From Methanocaldococcus indicus (GTDB lineage: Archaea > AGJL01 > Methanococci > Methanococcales > Methanocaldococcaceae), in assembly GCF_049554935.1 (NCBI RefSeq), contig NZ_CP186926.1, positions 864,001 to 928,000 of the forward strand: a DNA stretch of 64,000 nucleotides, given 5' to 3'. The notes under the pieces are model-generated. The model saw nothing but the letters and a program-made list of their open reading frames with translations. It was not told the DNA's origin and did not search any database. Both the position numbers and the translations under genes were made by a program. Shown piece after piece: positions 50,956-62,483 of this stretch (positions within the stretch are counted from its first letter, which is position 1; the number at the start of each line of letters is the position of its first letter).

Positions 50956-51939
50956 TAATTTTTTAACTTTCAAGTATTCATTTATAGCCTCTCTACTACT
51001 CCCTATAAGTAATCTTTTATATTCATCATTATTTACACTTTCTAAGATACCTCTTGCTATAAATTCCTCATCCTTAAAGCACTGTCCAGCATAAGTATGG
51101 GTGAAAACAGCAATCTCTTTAATATCTTTGTTATTGTAACATTCTATTTTGTATATAGCTGGATTATCAAAAATAAATTTGTCATCCAAAACCTTTCCTT
51201 CAATCTCAATATAGCCTAATTTTTTGTAAGTTTTATTTTCTTCTTTAATATCTTTGTAGTATCTTACATACAACAAATCAAACATTGTATTATCTATAAC
51301 TCCTCTGTTAAATTTCCTTTTTTCATGGAAAATAAATTCTTCTAATGTTAATGAGTTATCTTTTATTCTCTTTTCATAAGCTTTTTTCCAAAAGTTGTAG
51401 TCCAATGCCTCTATTTTGTTATCCTCTATTGCTTCCTTTAATGCATTTCTTGCTTTATTAAATTCATTACCATAAACAACAAAATCAATATCTGAACTAT
51501 CAGAGCTTAGATTTATTAGTAAAGAGCCAGTAACTCCCATACTGTTTATATTTACTCCATAATCCTCCAAAGTTATAGCTAATTTTCTACACTTTTCTTC
51601 TAATTTATTTTTTGGCTCTTCAATAATTTCTAATAATCTATAATGAGGATAATAAACATTTTTTATTTTTTCTTTTGGAACACAAATCATTAATGTGTCT
51701 AAATTTTTATCATAATTTAAATACTCTGGAAAATTTTCTTTTAAAAATTTATATGCCTCAGAAGAGTTAGGAATCTTTACATATTCCTTATTATTTATCT
51801 TTCTAACAATTCCATTAAAAGTAGCTAACTCTTTTGGCACATATCTCAAAAAAGCATAAATTTTGTTTTTAGGGTGATTGTAGGTATTAACTGCAAAGAA
51901 CATTCCTTTTTCACATTCTATAAAATCTCTAATTCTCAT
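50944..51939 (-). CDS. Nucleotidyltransferase-domain protein
   Basis: GVTGS...SDIDFVVYG pol-beta motif. Confidence 0.8.
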   Translation of the reverse strand: MRIRDFIECEKGMFFAVNTYNHPKNKIYAFLRYVPKELATFNGIVRKINNKEYVKIPNSSEAYKFLKENFPEYLNYDKNLDTLMICVPKEKIKNVYYPHYRLLEIIEEPKNKLEEKCRKLAITLEDYGVNINSMGVTGSLLINLSSDSSDIDFVVYGNEFNKARNALKEAIEDNKIEALDYNFWKKAYEKRIKDNSLTLEEFIFHEKRKFNRGVIDNTMFDLLYVRYYKDIKEENKTYKKLGYIEIEGKVLDDKFIFDNPAIYKIECYNNKDIKEIAVFTHTYAGQCFKDEEFIARGILESVNNDEYKRLLIGSSREAINEYLKVKKLLTY

Positions 51940-52709
51940 TTTATCCCTTTTATAACATATCTTACTCTTTTTCCAACAGTAAAGTTATCTACTTCTACTG
52001 TATAGTATTCTTTCATTTTGTTTATAATTAATTCTCTTCTCTTTTCTGGTTTTTTAGGGAGCATTATGGATATTAGTCCCTTATCTAAATAGTTATAGCT
52101 TTCATCTATAAGTTTATAACAAAAGAGTTCCCCAAACTTTCCTCCACCAATTAATTCATGTGTCTTTGCAAGAGCCCCTCCAAACCTCTTTTTTGAAGGA
52201 ACTGAATTATCTGAATAAAATGGAGGATAACAAATAATTAAATTAAACTTTCTATTTTTTAGCTCATCTAAATTCAATATTTCTCCATTGGATTTTATAA
52301 TTTCTATGTTTAGATTATTCTTAATAAAGTTATTTTTTGCTAAATTATAGAGTGTTTCATCTATTTCAGTTGTAACTACTTCTGAACTTGAATATAACTT
52401 TTTAATTAAAAGAGCTATTACTCCTGAGCCAGTTCCAACTTCTAAAACTTTTGGATTCTTTATATTTAATTTATTTAAAGTTTCAAAAGAACTCTTAACA
52501 AATAAGTATCTACTTAAAACAGCTGGAATTAAATGTTCTCTACTAAAATCAACATCTAAATTGAATAGATGTTTTAAAATAGCTTTATTATACTCAATTA
52601 AAGCATCCTTATTTTTAAAATCTATTTTGTATTTATTATTTTCATAAAACACATATTTTTTCAAATTAGGATTTATCTTTATTGCATCCTCTATTTTTAA
52701 TCCTTCCAT
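51936..52709 (-). CDS. RlmF-related SAM-dependent methyltransferase
   Basis: LEVGTGSG and ICYPPFY. Confidence 0.8.
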   Translation of the reverse strand: MEGLKIEDAIKINPNLKKYVFYENNKYKIDFKNKDALIEYNKAILKHLFNLDVDFSREHLIPAVLSRYLFVKSSFETLNKLNIKNPKVLEVGTGSGVIALLIKKLYSSSEVVTTEIDETLYNLAKNNFIKNNLNIEIIKSNGEILNLDELKNRKFNLIICYPPFYSDNSVPSKKRFGGALAKTHELIGGGKFGELFCYKLIDESYNYLDKGLISIMLPKKPEKRRELIINKMKEYYTVEVDNFTVGKRVRYVIKGIK

Positions 52710-52751
52710 AGTTCTATCCCAAAAAATAGAAAATAAAAAATTAAAAAGGAT

Positions 52752-54932
52752 TTATTCAGTTTTTAGTCCTTTTCTTTCTCTAATTTCTTTAATTAATTTT
52801 TCTTGTAGTTCTCTTGGGACTCTTTCATATCCAGCAAATTCAGTACTCCATAAACATCTTCCTTGTGTAGCTCCTCTAATTGCTCCTGCAAATCCAAACA
52901 TCTCTGCTATTGGACACTTAGCTTTTATAATAGCCATATCTCCCTCTTGTTCCATATCTAATATTTGCCCTCTTCTGTTGGAGATTTCTCTCATTGCTGC
53001 TCCCATATAATCTTGAGGAGTGTTTATGAATACTAATTGCATTGGCTCTAATAATACTGGTTTAGCTTGCATCATAGCCTCTCTAATACCAAATCTCATA
53101 GCTGGAATCATTTGTGCTGGACCTCTGTGTATAGCATCTTCGTGTAATACTAAATCCATTATTTTGACTTTAACTCCTTGACATTTTTCAGCTGCTAATG
53201 GTCCATTTCTCATAGCTTCTTTAAATCCTTGTATTAATAATTCTTTAACTTCATCAAAATGAACAATACCTCTTGTCATATTAACTAATACATTACCTTC
53301 ATATATACAGATAACTCTTTTAGCTTCTTCTGGGTCCATTCCTGCTTTTATTAATTCTTGGACAACTTTATCATCTAATTTTCTCTTACTGTCAATATCT
53401 GGAATTTTACCTTCTTTGTATGCCTTTAAAACTCCTTCTTCTAATGGTTCAACCATTAAATAAATCTTGTTGTGTTTGTTTGGAGATTTACTTTCAATTA
53501 TTGGAGATTTGTCTGTAACTGTCTCTCTATATACAACTATTGGTTGCCCAACAACAACTGGAATTCCAGCATCTCTCTCAATTTTTAATTTTGTTAATAT
53601 TTCAATATGTAACTCTCCCATACCACTTAATAAGTGTTCTCCTGTCTCTTCATTAATTTCTACTCTTGCAGTTGGGTCTTCTCTTGCTATCTGTCTTAGG
53701 ACTTCTATTAATTTTGGTAAATCTTTTGTGTTTTTAGCTTCAATAGCAACTGTAATAACTGGCTCACTGATGTGTGTTATTGCTTCAAATGGCTCAATTA
53801 TCTTGTTTGGAGAACATATAGTTTCTCCAGCAGATGCTTCTTTTAAACCAACTAATGCACAAATATTACCTGCTGAAATACTTTCAACTGGGATTCTTTC
53901 TGGCCCCATAAAGACAGATACTTGCTGAACTTTTGCTTTTTGTTGTGCATTAACTAAATATACTTCTTGTCCTTGTCTAACTCTTCCACTAAATAATCTA
54001 CAAACTGAAATAGCTCCTGCATGTTTGTCCATAATTATTTTTGTTACTACTCCTGCTAATGGTCCATTAGGGTCACAGTTTAACATTGCCTGACCAACAT
54101 CTGAATTAATATCTCCTTTCCATAAGTGTGGAATTCTATACTTTTGAGCCTCTGGAGGACTTGGAAGGTGTTTTATAACCATATCTAAGACAACTTCATG
54201 TAGAGGAGCTTTTTCTGCAAGTTCTTTTTGTCTATCTTCTTCACAATACTTTATTATGTCTTTAAATGTTATTCCACTCTTTTGCATATATGGAACTGAT
54301 ATAGCCCAATTGTGATATGCTGAACCAAATGCAACACTTCCATCTTCTACTCTTACTAACCATTTATCTTTAAACTCTTCTGGAGCCATTTTTCTAATTA
54401 AGTTGTTTATCTCAGAAATAATTTTAATAAATCTTTGTTGTAGTTCTTCAGGAGTTAATTTTAATTCATTGATTAATCTATCTACTTTATTTATAAATAA
54501 GACTGGTTTAACTCTTTCTCTTAGAGCTTGTCTTAAAACAGTTTCTGTTTGTGGCATCACTCCTTCTACTGCACAAACAACAACAATAGCCCCATCAATT
54601 GCTCTCATTGCTCTTGTAACGTCTCCACCAAAATCAACGTGTCCAGGTGTATCAATTAAATTAATTAAGTAATCTTTACCTTCAAAGTTATGGACCATTG
54701 AAACGTTTGCAGCGAAGATGGTAATTCCTCTTTGAGCTTCTTCTTCATCAAAATCTAATGCTAATTGGTCTCCTGCTAATTCCTTTGAAATCATTCCTGC
54801 TCCAGCTAATAAGTTATCTGATAATGTTGTTTTCCCATGGTCAATGTGAGCACAAATTCCAATATTTCTTATTCTATCATACTTCTCCATCAACTCTTTA
54901 ATCTTTGCTATCATTTTTGCTCTTTTTCCCAT
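52752..54932 (-). CDS. fusA: Elongation factor 2
   Basis: [21 protein letters not shown] and HEDAIHRG diphthamide loop. Confidence 0.98.
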   Translation of the reverse strand: MGKRAKMIAKIKELMEKYDRIRNIGICAHIDHGKTTLSDNLLAGAGMISKELAGDQLALDFDEEEAQRGITIFAANVSMVHNFEGKDYLINLIDTPGHVDFGGDVTRAMRAIDGAIVVVCAVEGVMPQTETVLRQALRERVKPVLFINKVDRLINELKLTPEELQQRFIKIISEINNLIRKMAPEEFKDKWLVRVEDGSVAFGSAYHNWAISVPYMQKSGITFKDIIKYCEEDRQKELAEKAPLHEVVLDMVIKHLPSPPEAQKYRIPHLWKGDINSDVGQAMLNCDPNGPLAGVVTKIIMDKHAGAISVCRLFSGRVRQGQEVYLVNAQQKAKVQQVSVFMGPERIPVESISAGNICALVGLKEASAGETICSPNKIIEPFEAITHISEPVITVAIEAKNTKDLPKLIEVLRQIAREDPTARVEINEETGEHLLSGMGELHIEILTKLKIERDAGIPVVVGQPIVVYRETVTDKSPIIESKSPNKHNKIYLMVEPLEEGVLKAYKEGKIPDIDSKRKLDDKVVQELIKAGMDPEEAKRVICIYEGNVLVNMTRGIVHFDEVKELLIQGFKEAMRNGPLAAEKCQGVKVKIMDLVLHEDAIHRGPAQMIPAMRFGIREAMMQAKPVLLEPMQLVFINTPQDYMGAAMREISNRRGQILDMEQEGDMAIIKAKCPIAEMFGFAGAIRGATQGRCLWSTEFAGYERVPRELQEKLIKEIRERKGLKTE

Positions 54933-55012
54933 AAATTTCACCTTTTATGAATTTTTGTAAATATTTTGATTACAGTAAATATTATTTAAAGATTAAAAAA
55001 GTTATAAAAAAT

Positions 55013-55588
55013 TTATCTTGCAGATTCAGCAACTCTTTCAGTTTCTTCTTTCTTCTTAACAGCATAACTTTTTTGCATGTCTCCTCTTGCAGCAGCTATT
55101 AACTCATCAGCTAATGCTTCTTCAATTGGTTTTTTACTTTTATGAGCAGCATTGTATGCTCCAATAGCTATGTTTCTTAAAGCTATATCAATTCTTCTTA
55201 ATGAAGAACAATCTACTGATTGTAAGTAAATAATTCCTCCATACTGAATTCTTGTAGTGTCTTCTCTTGGTCCAGCATTTTCAATTGCATCAACTAAAAC
55301 TTGTATTGGATTTTGTTTTGTTCTCTTTTCTATAATTTCAAAAGCTTTCTCAACAATTTTTAAAGCTTTTAATTTTTTTCCAGTGTTTTCTTCTCTTCTC
55401 ATTACTTTATTTACTAATCTCTCAACAATATTCATTTTTGCTTTTTCAAATTGTCTCTTAGTGTATCTCCCAGCTGTATGTGGAACATATATTGGTGTTA
55501 AATTTATATAGTTCCTTAATCCTGGGTCTCTAACTACTACATCCTTAGTGCTCCACTTACCAAATATTTTAATTTCATCCAACTCCAT
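55013..55588 (-). CDS. rps7: 30S ribosomal protein S7
   Basis: [17 protein letters not shown]. Confidence 0.97.
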   Translation of the reverse strand: MELDEIKIFGKWSTKDVVVRDPGLRNYINLTPIYVPHTAGRYTKRQFEKAKMNIVERLVNKVMRREENTGKKLKALKIVEKAFEIIEKRTKQNPIQVLVDAIENAGPREDTTRIQYGGIIYLQSVDCSSLRRIDIALRNIAIGAYNAAHKSKKPIEEALADELIAAARGDMQKSYAVKKKEETERVAESAR

Positions 55589-55608
55589 ACATCTTCACCT
55601 GAAAATTT

Positions 55609-56055
55609 TTATCTTTTAATTTTTTCTTGTCTTCCTCTAACTAATTCTTTTAATGAGTTTCTACCAACCATAATAACTTTATATTTAACTCCTGGAATGT
55701 CCCCTTTAGCTCTTGGCCCTTTTGGCCCACCAATACCTTCAATAATAACCTCATCGTGCTCATCAATAAAGTTTATAGCTCCATTTCCAGGACAGAATGC
55801 TGTAACAACTCTACCATTTTTAATTAATTGAACTCTTACACATTTTCTAATTCCAGAGTTTGGCTGCTTAGCTTCTAAACCAACTTTCTCAATAACAATA
55901 CCTCTTGCCATTGGAGCTCCTTCTAATGGGTCATACTTCTCTTTCAATCTTAAAACTCTTCTAACATATTTATAATCGTGCCATCTGCACCATTTTCTTT
56001 TTAATCTTAATTTTCTTCCTGCAAATTCTCCTCTTGGTGATTTACTACCACTCAT
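55609..56055 (-). CDS. rps12: 30S ribosomal protein S12
   Basis: [21 protein letters not shown]. Confidence 0.98.
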   Translation of the reverse strand: MSGSKSPRGEFAGRKLRLKRKWCRWHDYKYVRRVLRLKEKYDPLEGAPMARGIVIEKVGLEAKQPNSGIRKCVRVQLIKNGRVVTAFCPGNGAINFIDEHDEVIIEGIGGPKGPRAKGDIPGVKYKVIMVGRNSLKELVRGRQEKIKR

Positions 56056-56128
56056 ATTTATTCACCCATTTAGTTATATTGTTTTTATACTATTCTTAAA
56101 CTTATAATACCTCATACCTAATATAAAT

Positions 56129-56638
56129 TTATTGTGTTTCAGTATTTTCTTGTGTTTTTTGAATATTATTCTGATTTTGTGGTTTATTTTGTCTTCTTCT
56201 TTGAGGCTGTTCAACTATAACTTTTATTTTTGTTATTTTTGTATGTCTTTTTAAAATATCTAATGCTCTTTTTAAGTTACTACCTCTTTCTCCAAATACA
56301 GCTCTTCTAATTCTTGGATGAATTTTTATATATGCTATAACATCTTTTCCTACTCTCTTTATCCAAATATCATTTAATCTTAATGGAGCAAATACATTTC
56401 TTACAAATTTTCTCCAATCATTTGAATATTCAATAATATCTATTTTTTTACCAAATTTTTGCTCAGCTTCTTTTACATGTTCCCCTCCTTTCCCAACAGC
56501 TGCTCCTATTTCACCTTCCTTAACTATAAATGCAATTCTATCATCAAATATGAGACAATCAATAGGATAAACTTTTGATATTTTTTCAAACATAGCCATT
56601 TTCATAATTTCTTCAGTTGTTAATCTTAACTTAGACAT
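56129..56638 (-). CDS. nusA: Archaeal NusA (KH domains)
   Basis: AAVGKGG KH motif; position in the operon. Confidence 0.92.
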   Translation of the reverse strand: MSKLRLTTEEIMKMAMFEKISKVYPIDCLIFDDRIAFIVKEGEIGAAVGKGGEHVKEAEQKFGKKIDIIEYSNDWRKFVRNVFAPLRLNDIWIKRVGKDVIAYIKIHPRIRRAVFGERGSNLKRALDILKRHTKITKIKVIVEQPQRRRQNKPQNQNNIQKTQENTETQ

Positions 56639-56944
56639 TTATTCATCACCTTTTAATATATCCATTATGTTTGAGAGTCCTTCATCTATAACAACAAGAG
56701 CAGCCACTGGGAAAGGTTTTCCACAGACAGCCCCTAATTCCAAAGATGTTATTTTATGTTTATAGACAGGAATGTTTGAAAGTTTTGCATAGTATGTTAC
56801 ATCTTCTTCAATTTCTTTTGGAATTTTGTCAGCCAAGATAACTAATTTTCCTTCCCCAAGTTTTATGTGTTTTATTGTGTTTTTTGTACCTAAGATAACT
56901 TTACCTGTATCAACAGCAGTCCTAATAGCTTTGTTTATATCCAT
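56639..56944 (-). CDS. rpl30e: 50S ribosomal protein L30e
   Basis: [10 protein letters not shown] and [10 protein letters not shown]. Confidence 0.96.
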   Translation of the reverse strand: MDINKAIRTAVDTGKVILGTKNTIKHIKLGEGKLVILADKIPKEIEEDVTYYAKLSNIPVYKHKITSLELGAVCGKPFPVAALVVIDEGLSNIMDILKGDE

Positions 56945-57115
56945 TATTTTCCCCTCCTTCTCATTTTTTACTCCAGAGGGATATTAATGATATAATATCC
57001 CCAAATATAAATGTTTGATTTTGATAAAAATAGTTCTATTGTTATATTACCTAATAATATATTATAGAAACTTAAAATAAAAATAAAAAATATTATTTAA
57101 ATAGTTTTCCAAATT

Positions 57116-58186
57116 TTATTTATTTGAATTTATAACTTCTAATAATCTTTTTCCAGCTTCTTCCATAGACACTTCATAAATAATTCCATTCTCTTCTAAA
57201 ATTTTTTTACCTTCTTCTTCATTAGTTCCCATCAATCTAACTGAAAACTTTATATTAGGATATTCTTTTAATACATCAACAATTCCCTTAGCTACTTCAT
57301 CACATTTTGTTATTCCTCCTAAGATGTTGATAAAGATTCCCTTTACATTTTTATTTTCTAAAACTTTTTTAAGGGCTAATTTTACTCTTTCTTCATCTGC
57401 CCCTCCACCAATATCTAAGAAACATGCAGGTTTCAATCCTAAGTTATGAATTATGTCCATACTTGCTAATGTTAAACCAGCCCCATTTCCTATAACAGCA
57501 ATATCTCCATCTAATTCAACATAGGAGAAAGGTAACTTCTCTTTATAATCTTCAAATATCTCATAGTTTTGTCTAAATGCTGCATCATCATCTAATAAGA
57601 TAACAGCATCAGCAGCATAGATTTTGTTATCCTCAGTTATAACCAATGGATTAATCTCTACTAATGTAGCATCATAATCTTTGAATATTTTATATAATTT
57701 ATAGATTATATCTGCTATTCTAAAATCAACCTTTGCCTCATTTACAATTTCTCTACACATATAAGGGAGGAAGGGTTTAGTTACATCAACATAATATTTA
57801 ATAATTTTTTCATCAGGCACATCTTCAATATCTACTCCTCCCTCAGTGGAGAAGATAATAACTGGCTTTTTCTTAGCTCTATCTATTGTTATAGACAAAT
57901 AATATTCTTCTTTAATAGGTAGTTTTTCTTCAACTAAAATCTTCTCTACTTTTTCTCCTTTTATTTCTTTTTTAAATAACTCATCTAACTTCTCTTTAAA
58001 ATTTTCTTTATTTGCAAATATAATCCCTCCAGCTTTACCTCTTCCACCAACTAAAACCTGTGCTTTTAGAACTACATCTTTATCTACTTCTTTTGGAATG
58101 TCCCACTTCTTTATTAAAAAACTTTCTGGAACTGGAATACCATACTCCTTAAAAATCTTCTTAGCTTCATATTCATGCAATTTCAT
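57116..58186 (-). CDS. sucC: Succinyl-CoA ligase beta subunit
   Basis: MKLHEYEAK, GGRGKAGG and NGAGL. Confidence 0.95.
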   Translation of the reverse strand: MKLHEYEAKKIFKEYGIPVPESFLIKKWDIPKEVDKDVVLKAQVLVGGRGKAGGIIFANKENFKEKLDELFKKEIKGEKVEKILVEEKLPIKEEYYLSITIDRAKKKPVIIFSTEGGVDIEDVPDEKIIKYYVDVTKPFLPYMCREIVNEAKVDFRIADIIYKLYKIFKDYDATLVEINPLVITEDNKIYAADAVILLDDDAAFRQNYEIFEDYKEKLPFSYVELDGDIAVIGNGAGLTLASMDIIHNLGLKPACFLDIGGGADEERVKLALKKVLENKNVKGIFINILGGITKCDEVAKGIVDVLKEYPNIKFSVRLMGTNEEEGKKILEENGIIYEVSMEEAGKRLLEVINSNK

Positions 58187-58276
58187 TTAATCACCAAAAA
58201 AACTATTTAATGATAAAATTATTGAATGTTGATGAAAAAATTTAACTGAAATAATAAAAACATAATTTAAATAATT

Positions 58277-59701
58277 TTATGATTTATCAGTCCCAGAAAT
58301 AACTTTCATAATTTTTGTTTTTATAGCTTCCTCTACCAACTTTCTTAATGCTTCTTTGTCAGACACTTCTTTAAATATACCTAAGGGAATAGCTGCTGCT
58401 GCTTTTGTTTGATGACCTCCCCCACCAAATGCCTTATTTAAGATTTCTCCTAAATTTAATCTTAAATCTTTTGTTCTTGCAGATATATGAATTTCATCTC
58501 CAACAATACCAAAAACAAATGTTGTATTTATACCTTCCATTTTCAATAAAAAATCAGCTGCTTGTGGTAAAGCATCTCTATTGGTTATCTCACCAACATA
58601 AGCTAATGCAATATTTCCTTTTATAACTTTTCTGTTCATTATGGCTTTTGCAATAACTTCCATTACTTCTGTTGATATTTCAGGATTTTCTATCATGTCT
58701 AATAGATTTGAGTCAATATAACTTTGAAGATAAGCAGCTGCTTCAAAATCCAATTTAGAAACTTTTTCTCTAAAATAGTGAGTATCTGACTGTATCCCAT
58801 AAAAAAGAGCTGTAGCTAAAATTCTTGAAGGTTCTATATTTAGCTCCATCAGATACTGTGTTAAAATAGATGATGTAGCACCAACATCTTTTCTTATATC
58901 AATATATTTTGCCTCTAAGTCTGTTGTATTATGGTGGTCTATTATAATATCAACTTTATCAAGCTCAATAGGTAGTTGAGCTTTTGATGAAGTATCTACA
59001 ACAGCAATTGTGCAATATTTTTTAATATCTACTTTGTTGGCATCTAACATATTTACTCCTAAAATATTGACCATAGCTCTATTTTTATCATAACCTATAA
59101 TTCCTCCATAAGCTATATCTGCTAAAACACCCCATTTTTCAGCTATATTTTTTAGAGCTAAGGCACTTGCAATAGCATCAGGGTCAGGATTTTTATGAGT
59201 TAGAATTAATAAAGATTTTTCATCATTACATTTTTTCTTACCTTCTAACAATATACTTTTTAATTTTGATAGTTTTCTTTTTAATTTTGCATTATCTATT
59301 TCATTAGCAATATCTTTTGCACCACTGTCTAATACATTAATAATCTTATCAATGTCTAAACCATCATATATATCTGGATGTTTTAATATAGCTCTTGCAA
59401 TTTTATATGATGAAGGAGATAATTCACAAACTTTTTCAGCTATTTTTCTATTAATTTCAGGAGAATTTGTTAAAATTAAAATAATATCTGCTTTATCTAT
59501 ATTGGCTTTTTTTAGTATTTCTTTATTAGTTGCATCTCCTTGTATAATCTTAATTTTTTCTTTAGAAAGTTGGTCTATATCATTATCATCAAAATTTATA
59601 TCAATTATAGTAATTAATTCTTTATCTTTAATATACTTAACAACTTTTTTTCCAAATGTTCCATATCCTATAACTACTATCATAATAATCCCAAGGAACA
59701 A
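58277..59701 (-). CDS. TrkA-N (RCK) plus DHH/DHHA1 phosphoesterase
   Basis: GYGTFG, HKNPDPD, IDHH and GGGH. Confidence 0.9.
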   Translation of the reverse strand: MFLGIIMIVVIGYGTFGKKVVKYIKDKELITIIDINFDDNDIDQLSKEKIKIIQGDATNKEILKKANIDKADIILILTNSPEINRKIAEKVCELSPSSYKIARAILKHPDIYDGLDIDKIINVLDSGAKDIANEIDNAKLKRKLSKLKSILLEGKKKCNDEKSLLILTHKNPDPDAIASALALKNIAEKWGVLADIAYGGIIGYDKNRAMVNILGVNMLDANKVDIKKYCTIAVVDTSSKAQLPIELDKVDIIIDHHNTTDLEAKYIDIRKDVGATSSILTQYLMELNIEPSRILATALFYGIQSDTHYFREKVSKLDFEAAAYLQSYIDSNLLDMIENPEISTEVMEVIAKAIMNRKVIKGNIALAYVGEITNRDALPQAADFLLKMEGINTTFVFGIVGDEIHISARTKDLRLNLGEILNKAFGGGGHQTKAAAAIPLGIFKEVSDKEALRKLVEEAIKTKIMKVISGTDKS

Positions 59702-59817
59702 ATAACTTTAATACTTGTAATTTAGGAATATAAGTAATGAATATATAATGATTGCTATTTTATAACCATAAACTAACAACATTACGACAAAATATTAAAA
59801 CTTTATGAGGCTTTAAT

Positions 59818-60567
59818 ATGAAAATAGCAATTGTAGGAAAAGGAGGAGTAGGAAAAACATTTTTAGCATATAACTTAATAAAATTTTTTGCAAAAGATGG
59901 TTTTAAAGTTATAGGAATAGATTGTGATAACAATCCAACACTATCATTAAAATTTGGAGTTGAAGATATAACTCCATTATCAAAAAGAGAAGATATTATA
60001 GAGGAGAGAACTGGAGCTAAGCCAAATACTTATGGGACTGTTTTTAAAATAAATCCAAAAGTAGATGATTTAGTTGATAAGGTTGGATATAAAGTAAATG
60101 ATAAAATAACTCTAATAGTTATGGGGACTATTGAAAAATCTGGACAGGGTTGTGTATGTCCTGCTTCAACTTTGTTAAGGAGATTTTTAAGACATCTAAT
60201 TTTAAAAAGAAATGAAGTGGTTATTTTAGATATGGAAGCTGGTTTAGAGCATTTTGGTAGGAAGACCTTAGAGAATATTGATATGTTAATTATAGTTGTT
60301 GAAAATACTAAAACTTCACTAATAACAGGGAAAAGAATAAAGAAATTAGCTAATGAGCTTGGAATAAAAAACATAAAAGTGGTTATTAACAAAGTTATAG
60401 ATGATGAGTTTAAAAAATTGGTTGAAGAAGAGATAGGAGAAGTTATTGGAGTAATTCCATATGATAAATCAGTTGTTATGTCAGAATTTGGTAAAAGAAT
60501 TAATAAAAAAATTGAAGAAGAACTTTTTAATATTTATAAGAAAATTAAATCTGAACTATCTCCTTAA
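59818..60567 (+). CDS. cooC: CooC-like nickel-insertion ATPase
   Basis: GKGGVGKT, GCVCP and DMEAGLEH. Confidence 0.88.
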   Translation: MKIAIVGKGGVGKTFLAYNLIKFFAKDGFKVIGIDCDNNPTLSLKFGVEDITPLSKREDIIEERTGAKPNTYGTVFKINPKVDDLVDKVGYKVNDKITLIVMGTIEKSGQGCVCPASTLLRRFLRHLILKRNEVVILDMEAGLEHFGRKTLENIDMLIIVVENTKTSLITGKRIKKLANELGIKNIKVVINKVIDDEFKKLVEEEIGEVIGVIPYDKSVVMSEFGKRINKKIEEELFNIYKKIKSELSP

Positions 60568-61663
60568 TAGAATTGACTACATACTCAACCTGCTCCCATT
60601 CTAATCCATAAACACTCATTTTTATCTCTTTAGTTACTCCTGGCTTTATTCCCCCAATACCTCTCTTTTTTAATTCATCATAAAAGAAGTATCCCTTTCT
60701 TTTATCTTTCTTAGCAATCTCATCTAATATTTTTGTTTCAAATAATATTAAATCATGTTCCTTAGGTTTAATTCCAAGTTGTTTAAAACCAATTTTTTCA
60801 AGTTCATCTACAACATACCTTGTTTTTTTAAGTTCTTCATCCCATTTTTTAACTCTCTCTTTCACATAATCAAAACTTGCCATTAATGTTATTAGAGGTA
60901 ACCCTCTCAAAGTGCAACCTAAGAACTCTATTTCCTTTTTTGGATATCTTTCTGATGTTTTAGCTATTAAATCATCAAATTCATCCTCATAAAATAATAT
61001 TCCAGAAGGTGCTGATGAGGCCATACTCTTATGTCCTGATGAAACAATAAGATCAGCTTTTAGTTTTTTTCCATCTACTGGCATTCTTCCAACAGTATAA
61101 GCACAATTTAGTAGGAAAGGTATCCCCTTATCTTTTGCTATCTTACCAACTTTTTTAGCATCATTTAAATTTCCAAAATTACCATCAACATGGGTTAATA
61201 GAATTAATCCAATACTTTCATTTTTATCTTCTAAATTGTCTATAACCTCCTTATATCCTTCCAAATTTATTTTATATGTTGGATACTCCTCAACATAACC
61301 AACTTCTGCAACATTTAATTTAGCTTTTTCAGCAGCAACATAACTTGTATAATGAGCATTTTTATCTAAAACAACATAGTCTCCTTCTTTACATATAGAA
61401 TGCATAACTATATATTTTCCTTCTCTTGCTCCATAAGTTAATTTAGCTCTATCCATATTAATCCATTCAGAAACATCCTCTAAGAATTTTTTTATTGGTG
61501 GATTATCTACTTCTTCTAACTTCCCTTGACAAAAATCACAAACACTATATCCATCCCAAAACTCATAAATTGCTTTTTTTGCATCAGCAGGAAGAATTCC
61601 ACCTCTTTGTATAGGATTTAGATTAATAAATTCCCTTGCTAAGTTTCTATGAAGATAGTACAT
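60545..61663 (-). CDS. pscS: O-phosphoseryl-tRNA:Cys-tRNA synthase (SepCysS)
   Basis: INLNPIQRGG, GYSVCDFC, SGHKS and GCT. Confidence 0.93.
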   Translation of the reverse strand: MYYLHRNLAREFINLNPIQRGGILPADAKKAIYEFWDGYSVCDFCQGKLEEVDNPPIKKFLEDVSEWINMDRAKLTYGAREGKYIVMHSICKEGDYVVLDKNAHYTSYVAAEKAKLNVAEVGYVEEYPTYKINLEGYKEVIDNLEDKNESIGLILLTHVDGNFGNLNDAKKVGKIAKDKGIPFLLNCAYTVGRMPVDGKKLKADLIVSSGHKSMASSAPSGILFYEDEFDDLIAKTSERYPKKEIEFLGCTLRGLPLITLMASFDYVKERVKKWDEELKKTRYVVDELEKIGFKQLGIKPKEHDLILFETKILDEIAKKDKRKGYFFYDELKKRGIGGIKPGVTKEIKMSVYGLEWEQVEYVVNSIKEIVQI

Positions 61664-61828
61664 TTTTCCACCAAAAATATTCACATTTATTATGTTTAAG
61701 ATAAAACTTTATTGTATAATAATTTAACCAATGATATTAGTATTTTTAATACCCTCTTAGATTATTTAACTTTCTAAACTTAAAGCTTTTATTAAAATTT
61801 TCTAATAAATTATTTAAAATAAAAATTT

Positions 61829-62059
61829 TTGGTGAAGAAGATGAAGAAATTAGATGTTAGTGGAGATATATGTCCTATTCCAGTATTAAAAACTAAAAAA
61901 GCATTAGAAGAATTAAATCCAGGGGAAGAGTTAGAAGTTGTTGGAGATTATAAACCAGCATTAGAAAATATAAAAAGATTTGTTGAAAGTCAAGGACATG
62001 AAGTTGTTAAAGCAGAAGAAACAGAAAATGGATTTAGAATAATTATAAGAAAAAAATAA
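61829..62059 (+). CDS. TusA/SirA family sulfur carrier
   Basis: LDVSGDICPIP motif. Confidence 0.9.
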   Translation: MVKKMKKLDVSGDICPIPVLKTKKALEELNPGEELEVVGDYKPALENIKRFVESQGHEVVKAEETENGFRIIIRKK

Positions 62060-62078
62060 TAGTTTGGAGGGATAATGA

Positions 62079-62423
62079 ATGAAATTTACAGTTATAATTG
62101 GTTCTGCTCCTTATGGTAGAGAAAGAGCATACTCAGCTTTAAGGTTTGCTTTAACATCCTTATTGGAGGGAGTTGAAGTAAATATTTTCCTAATTGAAGA
62201 TGGAGTTTATGTAGCTAAGAAAAACCAAAATCCATCAGATGTCCCAAATTATTTAGAGTTGTTAAAAAATGCAATTGATTTAGGAGCTAATGTAAAAGTC
62301 TGTGGTCCATGTTGTAAAGCAAGAGGTTTAAGTGAAGAGGATTTAATTGAAGGAGTAAAATTAGCTACTATGCATGACTTAGTTAATTTTGTTAAAGAAA
62401 GTGATAAAGTAGTTTCATTTTAA
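62079..62423 (+). CDS. DsrE family protein
   Basis: APYG, FLIEDGV and CGPCCKARG. Confidence 0.9.
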   Translation: MKFTVIIGSAPYGRERAYSALRFALTSLLEGVEVNIFLIEDGVYVAKKNQNPSDVPNYLELLKNAIDLGANVKVCGPCCKARGLSEEDLIEGVKLATMHDLVNFVKESDKVVSF

Positions 62424-62483
62424 CATTAAATTATTTAAAAATATTGTTAAAAAATGTTATTTAATGAAAAATTTAAATATAAT

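Noticed and set aside
56978-57001. Link between the rpl30e leader hairpin and the proviral palindrome at 11196-11215 (both GGGATATTA…ATATCCC)
   Set aside because: Short AT-rich match with different spacing; probably coincidental.
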